This document shows, piece by piece, positions 1 to 9,762 of a stretch of 64,000 bases of DNA. Positions within the stretch are counted from its first letter, which is position 1, and every line of letters starts with the position of its first letter. The position numbers and the translations under genes were made by a program. The stretch covers positions 384,001 through 448,000 of the forward strand of contig CAWKDB010000011.1 in NCBI GenBank assembly GCA_963848295.1, in the 5' to 3' direction. The DNA comes from an uncultured delta proteobacterium (GTDB lineage: Bacteria > Myxococcota_A > Polyangia > Haliangiales > Haliangiaceae). The notes under the pieces are model-generated. The model saw nothing but the letters and a program-made list of their open reading frames with translations. It did not search any database and was not told where the DNA came from.

Positions 1-788
1 ATCAAGTCCTCGGCTCGATGCGCGGCGCGTTTCGCCGCGTGCTGATCTGCATCGAGGGCGTCTACTCGATGGACGGCGACATCGCCGATCTGCCGAAGTT
101 CATCGAGCTCAAGCGCAAGCACAAGACGCTGCTGCTCGTCGACGAAGCGCACTCGCTGGGCGTGCTCGGTCGGCGCGGCGCCGGCGTCGGCGAGCACTTC
201 GACGTCGACCGCACGGGCGTCGACCTGTGGATGGGGACGCTGTCGAAGTCGCTCGCGAGCTGCGGCGGCTACATCGCCGGCACCCGCGCGGTCGTCGAGC
301 TCCTCAAGTACACGAACCCCGGCTTCGTCTATTCGGTCGGGATCTCTCCGGCCAATGCCGCCGCCGCGCTCGGTGCCTTGCGCGAGCTCGAGCGTCGCCC
401 CGAGCTGGTCGCGACCCTGCGCGCTCGGTCGCACTACTTCCTCGAGCTGTGCCGCGCGCGCGGCATCGATACCGGCCTCGCCGGCGGCAGTGCGGTCGTG
501 CCCGCGATCGTCGGAGATTCGGTCCGCAGCATGCTGATCGGCGCGGCGCTCGGCGGCGCCGGGATCAACGTCCAGCCGATCATCTACCCGGCGGTCGAAG
601 AGCACCTCGCGCGCCTCAGGTTCTTCATCACCGCGCGCCACACCGAGGCACAGCTCCGCTACACCGCCGATACGCTCGCCGCTGTCAACGCGACGTTTAA
701 CCGCACCCCGGTGCGGCCAGTCGCTGCGACCCTGCCGCTGCCCTCAGTCGTACCGCAAGGAAGGCCCCATGCTACCGACCCATCATGA
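1..788 (+). CDS. PLP-dependent alpha-oxoamine synthase (BioF/serine palmitoyltransferase family), 5'-truncated by window edge
   Basis: Motifs EGVYSMDGD, DEAHS and GTLSKS (PLP lysine); frame is open to the window start. Confidence 0.9.
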   Translation, partial: QVLGSMRGAFRRVLICIEGVYSMDGDIADLPKFIELKRKHKTLLLVDEAHSLGVLGRRGAGVGEHFDVDRTGVDLWMGTLSKSLASCGGYIAGTRAVVELLKYTNPGFVYSVGISPANAAAALGALRELERRPELVATLRARSHYFLELCRARGIDTGLAGGSAVVPAIVGDSVRSMLIGAALGGAGINVQPIIYPAVEEHLARLRFFITARHTEAQLRYTADTLAAVNATFNRTPVRPVAATLPLPSVVPQGRPHATDPS

Positions 789-1638
789 CGATCGCGCTCT
801 GTTGCTCTACGAGCGCTCGCTCGCTGGCCAGTGGAACGCCGATCGCGGCGTCGACTGGGCGCAGTCGACCGAGGTCGCGACGCCGGAGATCGATGCGGCC
901 CGCAAGCGGTTGATCAACGAGCTGTACTGGTCGGAGCGCGAGTCGCTGTGGACCGTGAAGCGGATGAACGAGCCGATCCGCAAGTACTTCGACGACCACA
1001 ACTTCTCGCTGTGCGCCGCGGCTCACACGTTCGATGAGGCCCGCCACGTCTACGTGCTCGAGCGCTATTGCCGGCAGATCGGTGGGCTCGGCGAGTGCCC
1101 GCAACTGTGGTCGGTGATCACGCGCGTCGCCGACATGATGGGCACGAACGTCGTCAACTACTTCTATTCGATCCTCGTCAGCGAGACGCTCGGCGAGGTC
1201 CTGTTCGCGATGCTGCGCAAGTCGGCGGGCGATCAGCTGCTCAAGGACATCTGCGAGAACGCGCTGCGCGACGAAGCGCGGCACATCGCGTACGTCACCG
1301 AGGCACTTCGCCGCATTCACCCGAAGCTGTCGCGTTTTGCCAAAGTTCGCACGGGGCTCACGCTGCGCGCGATGCTGTACTTCGGGCTACGCAGCTTGCA
1401 ACGCACCCAGGTCGATGCCGAGACGCTCGGTGTGTCGAGCGATGCCTACCTCGATTCGTTCGAGCGCAAGCTGTGCGCGAGCATCCGGCGCGCTGGCGTC
1501 GAGGATGTGCTGTCGCCTGCAGGCGTTCATTCGATCGTCGCGCGCTTCCGCAAGCGGTCCGGCGACATCGTCACCGCCAGCTCGATCGACGAGATGACCG
1601 CGCTCGAAGACGGGCCCTCGCTCCGCGCCCCCAACTGA
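769..1638 (+). CDS. Ferritin-like di-iron domain protein
   Basis: Two DEARH (ExxH) motifs, each preceded by a helix Glu (WSERE, SETLGE); overlaps the upstream stop. Confidence 0.8.
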   Translation: MLPTHHDDRALLLYERSLAGQWNADRGVDWAQSTEVATPEIDAARKRLINELYWSERESLWTVKRMNEPIRKYFDDHNFSLCAAAHTFDEARHVYVLERYCRQIGGLGECPQLWSVITRVADMMGTNVVNYFYSILVSETLGEVLFAMLRKSAGDQLLKDICENALRDEARHIAYVTEALRRIHPKLSRFAKVRTGLTLRAMLYFGLRSLQRTQVDAETLGVSSDAYLDSFERKLCASIRRAGVEDVLSPAGVHSIVARFRKRSGDIVTASSIDEMTALEDGPSLRAPN

Positions 1639-1711
1639 TAAAGATCACCTCACCAGATCATCGCGTTAACTGCCGCTTGACTTGAAAGCGGCGAAAGCGA
1701 ATATCCGCGCC

Positions 1712-2650
1712 ATGCCTCTGTTCAAACGCCCCGATGGAACGCTCGTTCGTGACGAATCGAAGGTTCGTCGGATGATCCCGTACCTGATGCGCGGCCGGAA
1801 CGAGAGCGCGGTCTATCACGAGCAGAACCTCGACGTGACCAAGACCCGGCCGTGGCTGCGTTCGTACAACCGCGCGCATCCCGACGCCGCCGCGACGATG
1901 TTTCATCTGATGATGGCGGCGGTCGCCGAGTCGCTGCACGAGAGGCCCGGGATGAACCGGTTCATCGCCGGCGGTAAGATCTACCAGCGCGAGCACGTCG
2001 ATCTGTCGTTCGCGGCGAAGAAGGCGATGGAAGCGACCGCGCCGATGGTGACCGTCAAGCTGCGGTTCCCGCGCAACGAGCCGTTCACCATCGTGTGCAA
2101 GCGGATCGCCGAGGCGGTCGCGGACGCGCGCACCGATCGGATCACCTCGGTCGACAAGGAGCTCGCGCTCGCGCTCGCCCTGCCCGGGCCGATGCTGCGC
2201 GGCGTGATGGCGACGCTGCGCGGCCTCGACACGCTGAACCTCATGCCGGGCGCGATGATCAAGACCGACCCCATGTACGCCTCGGCGTTCATCGCGAACC
2301 TCGGTTCGCTCGGCCTCGACAACACCTATCATCACCTCTACGAGTACGGCACGATCGGGCTGTTCGGCGCGATCGGCACGACGAAGAAGGCGCAAGTGCT
2401 CGGCGCCGACGGCAAGCCGACGGTGCGCGATGTCTCGCAGATCCGGTGGACGTTCGACGAGCGCGTCAACGACGGCTTCTACGCAGCGTCGGCAATCAAG
2501 CAGGCCGGCCGGATCATCGAAGATCCGGAGCGGTTCTTCGGCGTCCCCCAGGAGGCTGGAGAGCCTGCCTACTGGCGAGATGAACGCGGTTCGACCTCCG
2601 CCACGCCCGCCAAGCGTAAGAGCGACAACTACGGTGTCAGCCAGGCATAA
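1712..2650 (+). CDS. Stand-alone 2-oxoacid dehydrogenase E2/CAT-like acyltransferase catalytic domain
   Basis: RPGMNRF, FIANLGSLG and C-terminal FDERVNDG (variant of DHRxxDG); no lipoyl domain. Confidence 0.75.
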   Translation: MPLFKRPDGTLVRDESKVRRMIPYLMRGRNESAVYHEQNLDVTKTRPWLRSYNRAHPDAAATMFHLMMAAVAESLHERPGMNRFIAGGKIYQREHVDLSFAAKKAMEATAPMVTVKLRFPRNEPFTIVCKRIAEAVADARTDRITSVDKELALALALPGPMLRGVMATLRGLDTLNLMPGAMIKTDPMYASAFIANLGSLGLDNTYHHLYEYGTIGLFGAIGTTKKAQVLGADGKPTVRDVSQIRWTFDERVNDGFYAASAIKQAGRIIEDPERFFGVPQEAGEPAYWRDERGSTSATPAKRKSDNYGVSQA

Positions 2651-2721
2651 GGCAAGGGGTGGCACGCCCTTGTTTGCCACCTGATGTTCTGAGTAATGTT
2701 CGCCCCCACGACCCCCGACCG

Positions 2722-4299
2722 ATGATCTCCTTACCCGCATCCGCTATCACGGGCCCCGCATTCTGGGCGCTCGCGCGCGCGCGTGTCGCACAGTGGCATC
2801 GGAGTGCACGCGACCCGGAGCGCGTCCAGGTGGCGACGCTGCTGTCACATTGCAAGACCGCGGCGAACACCGAGCTCGGTCGCATGCATCACTTGGGCTC
2901 GGTGAAGAGCTACGACGATTTCCGTTCGCGTGTTCCGCTGCGCACGTACGCCGACTACGAACCGATGCTCGATCGCATGCGCGCCGGCGAGCGCGACGTG
3001 TTGTGGCCGGGTCTCATCAAGTATTTCGGCAACTCGTCGGGCACGTCGCACACCGCCGCGAACTCGAAGTTCCTGCCGATCTCGGACGAGCAGATTCGCT
3101 GGCAGCAAAAGGCCGGCTTCGATTGTCTCGCGAGCTACATCGCGGCGACCAACGATCGGTCGTTCACGAAGGGCTATATCCTCGCGCTGCTGCCGCCCGC
3201 GAACCTCAAGCAACACGGCGACGTGTTCACCGCGAGCAACCCCGGCATCATGCAGCTCCACCTGCCGGCCGCGAGCAAAGTGCTCGTGCTGCCGAAGCAG
3301 GAGATTCGCGACATCGAGAACTACGACGAGAAGCTCGCCGCGATCGCAGACGCGTATCTCGATCACGACGTGCGCGCGTTGTCGGGCACGACCTGCTGGT
3401 TCTCGATCCTCTTCGACCGCGTGCTCGAGGCCGCGGCGCGCAAGGGCCGCCCGGCGAAGACGATCTCGGAGATCTGGCCAAACCTCCGGGTGCTGCTCGG
3501 CGGCGGCGTGTTCGCCGAGCCATACCGCAAGATGATCAACGAGCGCGTCGGCCGTCCGGTGCCGATCATCGACACGTACAACGCGACCGAGGGCGGGATC
3601 TTCGCGGCGACCGACCGCCCGGCCGGGATCGACGGCGACGACGCGATGATGATGATCCCGGACCGCGGCGTATTCTTCGAGTTCGTGCCGAGGGCCCAGC
3701 ATGGCAAGCCCGACGCCGAGCGCGTCCCGCTGTGGGCCGTCGTCCCCGGCGTCGACTATTCGGTCGTGGTCACCACGAGCTCGGGCCTGTTCGGCTATTA
3801 CATCGGCGACTTCGTGCGATTTACCTCCGTTGCGCCTCACCGCATGGTATTTGCCGGCCGCGCGAGCGGAATGTTGTCGATCACCCAAGAGCTGACGACC
3901 CAGATCGAGATCGAGCGCGCCGTCGCAAGCGCGCAGGACAGCTCGCCGTGCTCGATCGTCGACTACGCCGCGGCCGCCGAAGTCGGCACCGCCACGACCG
4001 GCAAGGGCCGCTACCTGTTCTTCGTCGAGTTCGAACGCGAGCCGAGCAACCTCGCCGACTTCGCCACGGCGATCGACCGTGAATTATGCGTGCAGAACCG
4101 CGTCTACCGCGAGCACCGCTCTCGCGACGTCGCGATCCTGTCCCCCAAAGTCGTCCCGCTCGATCGCGGCGCGGCGCAACGCTTCATGGCCGCGCTCGGC
4201 CACACCAGTGTCCAAAACAAGTTTCCGCGGATCGTGGATGACCGTCGGAAAGAGATCCTGCGCAGGTTCGCGCAGAACCCGCCACTCGAGGTGATGTAA
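2722..4299 (+). CDS. GH3-family adenylate-forming acyl-amido synthetase
   Basis: GH3 motifs SSGTS, YNATEG and YYIGD; C-terminal QNKFPR. Confidence 0.88.
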   Translation: MISLPASAITGPAFWALARARVAQWHRSARDPERVQVATLLSHCKTAANTELGRMHHLGSVKSYDDFRSRVPLRTYADYEPMLDRMRAGERDVLWPGLIKYFGNSSGTSHTAANSKFLPISDEQIRWQQKAGFDCLASYIAATNDRSFTKGYILALLPPANLKQHGDVFTASNPGIMQLHLPAASKVLVLPKQEIRDIENYDEKLAAIADAYLDHDVRALSGTTCWFSILFDRVLEAAARKGRPAKTISEIWPNLRVLLGGGVFAEPYRKMINERVGRPVPIIDTYNATEGGIFAATDRPAGIDGDDAMMMIPDRGVFFEFVPRAQHGKPDAERVPLWAVVPGVDYSVVVTTSSGLFGYYIGDFVRFTSVAPHRMVFAGRASGMLSITQELTTQIEIERAVASAQDSSPCSIVDYAAAAEVGTATTGKGRYLFFVEFEREPSNLADFATAIDRELCVQNRVYREHRSRDVAILSPKVVPLDRGAAQRFMAALGHTSVQNKFPRIVDDRRKEILRRFAQNPPLEVM

Positions 4300-5571
4300 A
4301 TGACCGATAGCAATCGCATTGGAGTCTGTATCGCTGGCAGCAACGGCGCCGTGGCCACCACGATGATCGCCGGGGCGGCCTTGATGCGGCGCGGACTCGC
4401 TCCCCGCCACGGCATGATCACGGAGACCGACTTCGTGAAGGGGCTCGACGTCGCCCCGCTCGACGAGATCGTCTTCGGTGGCTGGGATCTTCGCAGCGAC
4501 AATGCGTTTCACGCGGCGACCGAGCACAACGTCGTGCCCATTCACTTGCTACACGCGGTGAAGGACGAGCTCGAGGCGATCAAGCCTTGGCCGGCCGTGG
4601 CCTCGGCCAAGTACCTCGGCGCGATGAACGGCAAGAACCTCGTCACGGTTGCCAGCTTCCGCGAAGAGATCGCGATGATCACCGCGAACATCGAAGCGTT
4701 CAAGAAGCAACACAAGCTGTCGCGGGTCGTGTTCGTCAACCTGACGTCGACCGAGCGCTACACCGAGGTCGAAGACGTCCACAAGTCGCTCGCCGCCTTC
4801 GAAGCGGGCCTCGACGCGAACGACCCCCGGATCAGCCCGGCGATGAAGTACCTGTACGTCGCATGCTCGATGGGCATCCCGCACGTCAACTTCACACCGA
4901 GCCTGTCGAAGATTCCCGCGCTCGAGGAGATGTCCGAGAAGCGCGGCGTGCCGATCGCCGGCGAAGACGGCAAGACCGGCCAGACGATGCTGAAGACCGT
5001 GCTCGCGCCGGGCTTCGTGGTCCGCGCACTCGAGGTCGAAGGCTGGTACTCGGCCAACATCCTCGGCAACAACGACGGCCTCGTGCTCGATGACCCGGGC
5101 TCGAACAAGACGAAGGTGTCGAGCAAGGCGCAGTGCCTCGACGACATCCTCGGCTACAACGTGCCGTCGCACACCGTGCGGATCGACTACTACAAGCCGC
5201 GCGGCGATCAGAAAGAAGCGTGGGACTCGATCGACCTGATCGGCTTCCTCGGCGAGCGCATGCAGTTGAAGATCAACTTCCTGTGCAAGGACTCGATCCT
5301 CGCGGCGCCGCTCGTGTTCGACCTCGTTCGCTTGCTCGACGTGGCGAAGCGCAACGGCGAGCGCGGCATCCAGCGCCAGCTCTCGGTGTTCTTCAAGGCA
5401 CCGTACGCGACCAACGGCGAGCGCGCGACCCACGACCTGTTCAAGCAGCACAACCTGCTCGAGACGTGGATCCAGAAGATCCGCAGCGGCGAGAAGAACG
5501 CGGCTCCGCACGCCCACATGCGGCCGACGGCTATTACCAACGGTAACGGCAAGCACGCGCCGCTGGCCTAG
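4300..5571 (+). CDS. ino1: Myo-inositol-1-phosphate synthase
   Basis: GAVATT, FGGWD, GEDGKTGQT, NILGNNDG and DSILAAPL motifs. Confidence 0.93.
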   Translation: MTDSNRIGVCIAGSNGAVATTMIAGAALMRRGLAPRHGMITETDFVKGLDVAPLDEIVFGGWDLRSDNAFHAATEHNVVPIHLLHAVKDELEAIKPWPAVASAKYLGAMNGKNLVTVASFREEIAMITANIEAFKKQHKLSRVVFVNLTSTERYTEVEDVHKSLAAFEAGLDANDPRISPAMKYLYVACSMGIPHVNFTPSLSKIPALEEMSEKRGVPIAGEDGKTGQTMLKTVLAPGFVVRALEVEGWYSANILGNNDGLVLDDPGSNKTKVSSKAQCLDDILGYNVPSHTVRIDYYKPRGDQKEAWDSIDLIGFLGERMQLKINFLCKDSILAAPLVFDLVRLLDVAKRNGERGIQRQLSVFFKAPYATNGERATHDLFKQHNLLETWIQKIRSGEKNAAPHAHMRPTAITNGNGKHAPLA

Positions 5572-5573
5572 CG

Positions 5574-6854
5574 ATGATTCGCGCCGACCAGCACGTTCGC
5601 TGGCCGGTCCTCGGGGCCGACGATCGCGCCGCCGTGCTCGGCGTGCTCGAGCGCGGTGTGTTGTCGGGTCCGTTCGCGCCCGAAGTTCGCGCCCTCGAGC
5701 GCGAATGGGCGGCCTACACCGGCTCGAAGTACGCGCTCGCGACGAACAGCGGGACCGCCGCACTCCACGTCGCGCTGATCGCCGCCGGCATCGGGCCGGG
5801 CGATCAGGTGATCGTGCCCGCGTTCACGTTCGTCGCGACCGCGCTCGCCGTGCTCCACGCCGGGGCCGTGCCGGTGTTCGTCGACATCGAGCCGCGCACC
5901 CTCGGCATCGATCCGGAGCTGCTCGAGCGCGCGATCACGCCGGCGACCAAGGCGGTCATGCCGGTGCACATCCACGGCACACCGTGCGAGATCGACGCGA
6001 TCGCGGACATCTGCAAGCGTCGCGGCCTGGTGCTGATCGAAGACGCCGCGCAAGCGCACGGCTCCACGCATCGCGGCAAGAAGCTCGGCACGATCGGCGC
6101 GGTGGGGTGCTTCTCGCTGCAGTCGTCCAAGAGCCTCGGCGCCGGCGAAGGCGGCCTGATCGTCACCGACGACGAAGCGCTGTTCGCTGCGGCGAATCGC
6201 GCGCGGATGTTCGGCGAGGATGTCCGGATGTCGGACGAAGCGAGCTACCGCATCGAGCGCGCGCTGGATGGCAACCGCGCCTACGACTCGCTCGGCATGG
6301 GCTGGATGTACCGCACGACCGAGCTGACCGCGGCGGTCGCGCGCGTCCAGCTACGCAAGCTCGACGCGATGAACGCCCAGGCGCAGCGCAACGCGGCGCT
6401 CTTGTCGAAGCGGCTCGGGGTGCTGCCCGGCGTCACGCCGCCGCACGTGGCCGAGGGCGATACGACCTGCGTCCACAAGTATCGCGTCCGGCTCGACGGC
6501 CGCGCCAAGGGTGTCGAAGCCCCGCCGGCGAAGATCCGTGATGCCGTGCGCGCCGCGCTCGTCGCGCAAGGGGTCGAGGCCGTGCTGTGGCAGAGCCAGC
6601 CGGTCCCCGGCCAGCAGCTGTTCCGCGCGAAGGTCGGATTCGCAGGCAAGGGCTTCCCGTGGGACGCCGCGCCCGCCGTCGACTACGACCTGTCGCAATA
6701 CCCCGAGACGACGCACCTGCTCGATAGCTCGCTCGTGCTGTTCTCGCACACCTGTCCGATCGCGCCGCAGTCGACGTCGCTGGTCGAAGCGTATGCCGAC
6801 GCGTTCGAGCACGTGTGGGGCCGGCTCGGCGAGCTCGTCGCGGCCGCACCGTGA
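5574..6854 (+). CDS. DegT/DnrJ/EryC1/StrS family PLP aminotransferase
   Basis: NSGTAALH, PAFTFVAT, IEDAAQAHG and FSLQSSKSLGAGEGG. Confidence 0.92.
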   Translation: MIRADQHVRWPVLGADDRAAVLGVLERGVLSGPFAPEVRALEREWAAYTGSKYALATNSGTAALHVALIAAGIGPGDQVIVPAFTFVATALAVLHAGAVPVFVDIEPRTLGIDPELLERAITPATKAVMPVHIHGTPCEIDAIADICKRRGLVLIEDAAQAHGSTHRGKKLGTIGAVGCFSLQSSKSLGAGEGGLIVTDDEALFAAANRARMFGEDVRMSDEASYRIERALDGNRAYDSLGMGWMYRTTELTAAVARVQLRKLDAMNAQAQRNAALLSKRLGVLPGVTPPHVAEGDTTCVHKYRVRLDGRAKGVEAPPAKIRDAVRAALVAQGVEAVLWQSQPVPGQQLFRAKVGFAGKGFPWDAAPAVDYDLSQYPETTHLLDSSLVLFSHTCPIAPQSTSLVEAYADAFEHVWGRLGELVAAAP

Positions 6855-7822
6855 TCGGCAAGATCATCGCGGCGGCGCGCTCGACGCCCGTCCGGATCGT
6901 CGTCGCCACATGCGGCGTCGCCGGCGTCGTGTTGATCTTGCGCGGGCTCGGCTGGGACAAGGTCACCCACGCGCTCGCCGGCGCCGCGCTGTACCTGCCG
7001 GTGATCCTCGCACTCGACGGCCTGGGCCTCGCGTGCTCGATGATGGCGCTGAGGGCGCTCTATGGCGACGCCGCGCGCGAGCTCCCGCCGGCGGCGCTCG
7101 TTCGCGCTGGGCTCGTCGGCTTCGCGGTCAACGGCTTGTTGCCCGCCGGCCGCGCGGTCGCCGAGGCGACCCGTGCCTCGCTGTTAGCGAAGTACGTCGG
7201 TAAGGGCACCGCCGCCGCAGCCGCCGCGCGCATGCAAGGCGTCGTGATGGTCGCGCACGGCGTGATGTCGATCGTCGCGACGATCGCCGCGGTGGTCGCC
7301 GTCGGCTGGACCTGGCTGCCGCTCGCGATCGGGATCAACGCGATCGTCGTGCTCGCCATCGGCACGGTCGTGCTGTTCGCGACCAGTCGGTCGCGGATCG
7401 GCGCTTGGATCGGTCGGCGGTTCTCGCGCGCCGAGCAATTCGGGAGCGAGCTCGACGCGGCGTTCGCGCGCCAGCCCGGAGTTCCGATCAGCGCGATCGG
7501 CTGGGAGCTCGCCGGCCGAGGCGTCGAGGTCGCCCAGAAGGCGGTGTTGATCGCGGCGATCGGAGGCGTCGTCGGCTTCATCCCGGCGCTGACCGTGGAG
7601 GGCATTCACTTGCTCGGCGCGGCGATCGGGGACCTCGTGCCGGCACAGCTCGGCGTGCAAGAGGGCAACTTCACGCTCGCGTCGTCGGTGATCGGCCTGC
7701 CGGCGAGCGGCGCGGTGTCGATCGCCCTACTCGCCCATTTGTCACAGCTCGCGTGGGTCCTTGTCGGCTCGCTACTTCCGCTGGTCTGGCGGGTGCGGAG
7801 CGAGGTAAAAGTCACGACATGA
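6851..7822 (+). CDS. Lysylphosphatidylglycerol-synthase TM / flippase-like membrane protein (UPF0104-like)
   Basis: GTGA overlap with upstream gene; about 8 hydrophobic segments; NGLLPAGR and PAQLGVQEG motifs. Confidence 0.7.
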   Translation: MIGKIIAAARSTPVRIVVATCGVAGVVLILRGLGWDKVTHALAGAALYLPVILALDGLGLACSMMALRALYGDAARELPPAALVRAGLVGFAVNGLLPAGRAVAEATRASLLAKYVGKGTAAAAAARMQGVVMVAHGVMSIVATIAAVVAVGWTWLPLAIGINAIVVLAIGTVVLFATSRSRIGAWIGRRFSRAEQFGSELDAAFARQPGVPISAIGWELAGRGVEVAQKAVLIAAIGGVVGFIPALTVEGIHLLGAAIGDLVPAQLGVQEGNFTLASSVIGLPASGAVSIALLAHLSQLAWVLVGSLLPLVWRVRSEVKVTT

Positions 7823-9390
7823 ACGCCGTCACCACCCCGCTATCGTCGAGCGGAGCCAGCTCCAACCGCGTCTGCCCGATCGATCTGCGCGCGTTGCCCG
7901 CCGTCCCGCGTGCGACGGACGAACAGATCCACGGCGCCGTCGCGAAGGCGCGCAAAGCGCAGGCGAGCTGGAAGGACGTTCCGTTCGCGGACCGAGCGCG
8001 GATCATGACGCGCGCTGCGAAGTCGATGCTCGAGCGCCGCGCCGAAGCCATGGCGCTATCGCGTGAAGAGGTCGGCAAGCTCGAGGTCGAGGCGATGTTC
8101 GACGAGGGCATCGGCCACCTCGACATGCTCAAGCAATGGATCGGCGTCGTGAAGCCGGCCGTCGCGCGCCGGCGCATCCGGCTCAACCCGGTGTCGTTCG
8201 CGGGCAAGCGCGCGTTCATCGACCAGGTGCCGCGCGGCGTGATCGGCGTGATCGCGCCATGGAACTTCCCGATCGCAGGTCTCTACCGCGCGGTCTATCC
8301 GGCGCTGCTCGCCGGCAACGGTTGCGTCGTCAAGCCATCGGAGTATTCGCCGCGCACCACGCAGTGGTTCGTCGACGCGCTCGCCGCCGAGCTGCCCGAG
8401 GGCCTGATCGCCTACGTCCACGGCGACGGTGCGGTCGGCTCCGCGCTGATCGATGCGGGCATCGACGCCTGCGCGTTCACCGGCTCGCCGAAGACCGGCC
8501 GGCTCGTGCGGCTGCGGTGCGCCGAGCGCGGCATCCCCTCGAGCGTCGAGATGGGCGGCAAAGATGCCGCGATCGTGCTCGCCGACTGCGACCGCGTGCG
8601 GACGGTCGCCGGCATCACGCATTGGGCGCTCGCGAACGTCGGCCAGGCATGCGGCGCGATCGAAGTGCTGCTCGTCGAGGAGCATGTCGCCGACGAGATC
8701 GTCGGGCACTTCGCGAACGCGTGGCAGCGGCTGCGCGTGGGCCCGGCACCCTACGCGGATATCTCGCCGCTCGGCAATCGCCGCCAGCTCGACATCGTCA
8801 AGGACCAGGTCGGCGAGGCGATCAGCAAGGGCGCGAAGCTCGTGTGCGGTGGCGCCACGACCGGCGAGGGTCTGTTCTTCCAGCCCACGATCCTCGATCA
8901 CTGCACCGACGACATGGCGATCGTGCGCGACGAGACGTTCGGGCCGGTGCTCGCCGTGATCCGGGTCGACGGCGCCGCCGATGCGGTCCGCCGCGTCAAC
9001 CGCGCGCGCTACGGGCTCGGCGCGTCGATCTGGACCCGCAACCTCGAGCGCGCCGAACAGCTCGCCGCTCAGCTCGACGTCGGGATCGCGACGATCAACA
9101 ACCACGCGTTCACCGGCGCGGTCGCCTCGCTGCCGTGGAGCGGCACGCGCGAGACCGGCCACGGCATCGCGAACAGCGTGCACGCGCTCGGCACGTTCCT
9201 GCGACCGAAGGCGCTGATCATCGATGGCTCGAGCGGGCCCGATCCGTTCTGGCTGCCGTTCGACAAGACGCTGTTCGAGATGGGCGACATCCTGTGCGAC
9301 GCGCAGTTGATGAAGCTCGGCCGGGCGTGGCGGCTGCCGCTGATCATCCGGCAGCGGGTCAAGACGATCCGCGAATTCTTCGCCAGATAG
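7819..9390 (+). CDS. NAD(P)-dependent aldehyde dehydrogenase
   Basis: PWNFP, KPSE, FTGS, EMGGKD, GQAC (catalytic Cys) and ETFGPV; ATGA overlap. Confidence 0.93.
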   Translation: MNAVTTPLSSSGASSNRVCPIDLRALPAVPRATDEQIHGAVAKARKAQASWKDVPFADRARIMTRAAKSMLERRAEAMALSREEVGKLEVEAMFDEGIGHLDMLKQWIGVVKPAVARRRIRLNPVSFAGKRAFIDQVPRGVIGVIAPWNFPIAGLYRAVYPALLAGNGCVVKPSEYSPRTTQWFVDALAAELPEGLIAYVHGDGAVGSALIDAGIDACAFTGSPKTGRLVRLRCAERGIPSSVEMGGKDAAIVLADCDRVRTVAGITHWALANVGQACGAIEVLLVEEHVADEIVGHFANAWQRLRVGPAPYADISPLGNRRQLDIVKDQVGEAISKGAKLVCGGATTGEGLFFQPTILDHCTDDMAIVRDETFGPVLAVIRVDGAADAVRRVNRARYGLGASIWTRNLERAEQLAAQLDVGIATINNHAFTGAVASLPWSGTRETGHGIANSVHALGTFLRPKALIIDGSSGPDPFWLPFDKTLFEMGDILCDAQLMKLGRAWRLPLIIRQRVKTIREFFAR

Positions 9391-9524
9391 AAGGTGCGCG
9401 GCTTCGCGGCGTCATTGTGTGGACGTTCGGCGAGACCGCCAACGCCTCGTGCGGCTGCCTTGCTCGGCAACAAGAGCGAGAACGCGAAGGCCTCGTGCGG
9501 CTGCGTCGCTCGGCGGCGTGACCA

Positions 9525-9754
9525 CGAAGGCCTCGTGCGGCTGCCTTGCGAGGGCGCCCCGGACCCGCTCGCGCGACGGCGCTGAGGTTGGTGGTTCCGG
9601 CGTCTCCGCGAAGCGACGCCGCTGCGCGGCGATCGCGCTGGCGCGCGAGTCGGAGTTTTCACCGCGTGGCCGCGCGTCTCCTCGCGCGCCTGCGCTCGCT
9701 CCCCGGGGCATCCCTCGCGGCGACGCCGCACTCGGCGACGTGATCGCGATCGCC
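9525..9754 (-). repeat. ~230-bp dispersed repeat, copy A (inverted relative to 11052-11279)
   Basis: Reverse complement aligns along its length with 11052-11279 except for a variable central ~20 nt. Confidence 0.9.
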
Positions 9755-9762
9755 CCATGTCC

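Noticed and set aside
9444..9544. Mini-CRISPR from three 15-bp repeats
   Set aside because: The repeat is too short, spacing is uneven, the spacers resemble one another, and the unit is the terminus of the 230-bp repeat.
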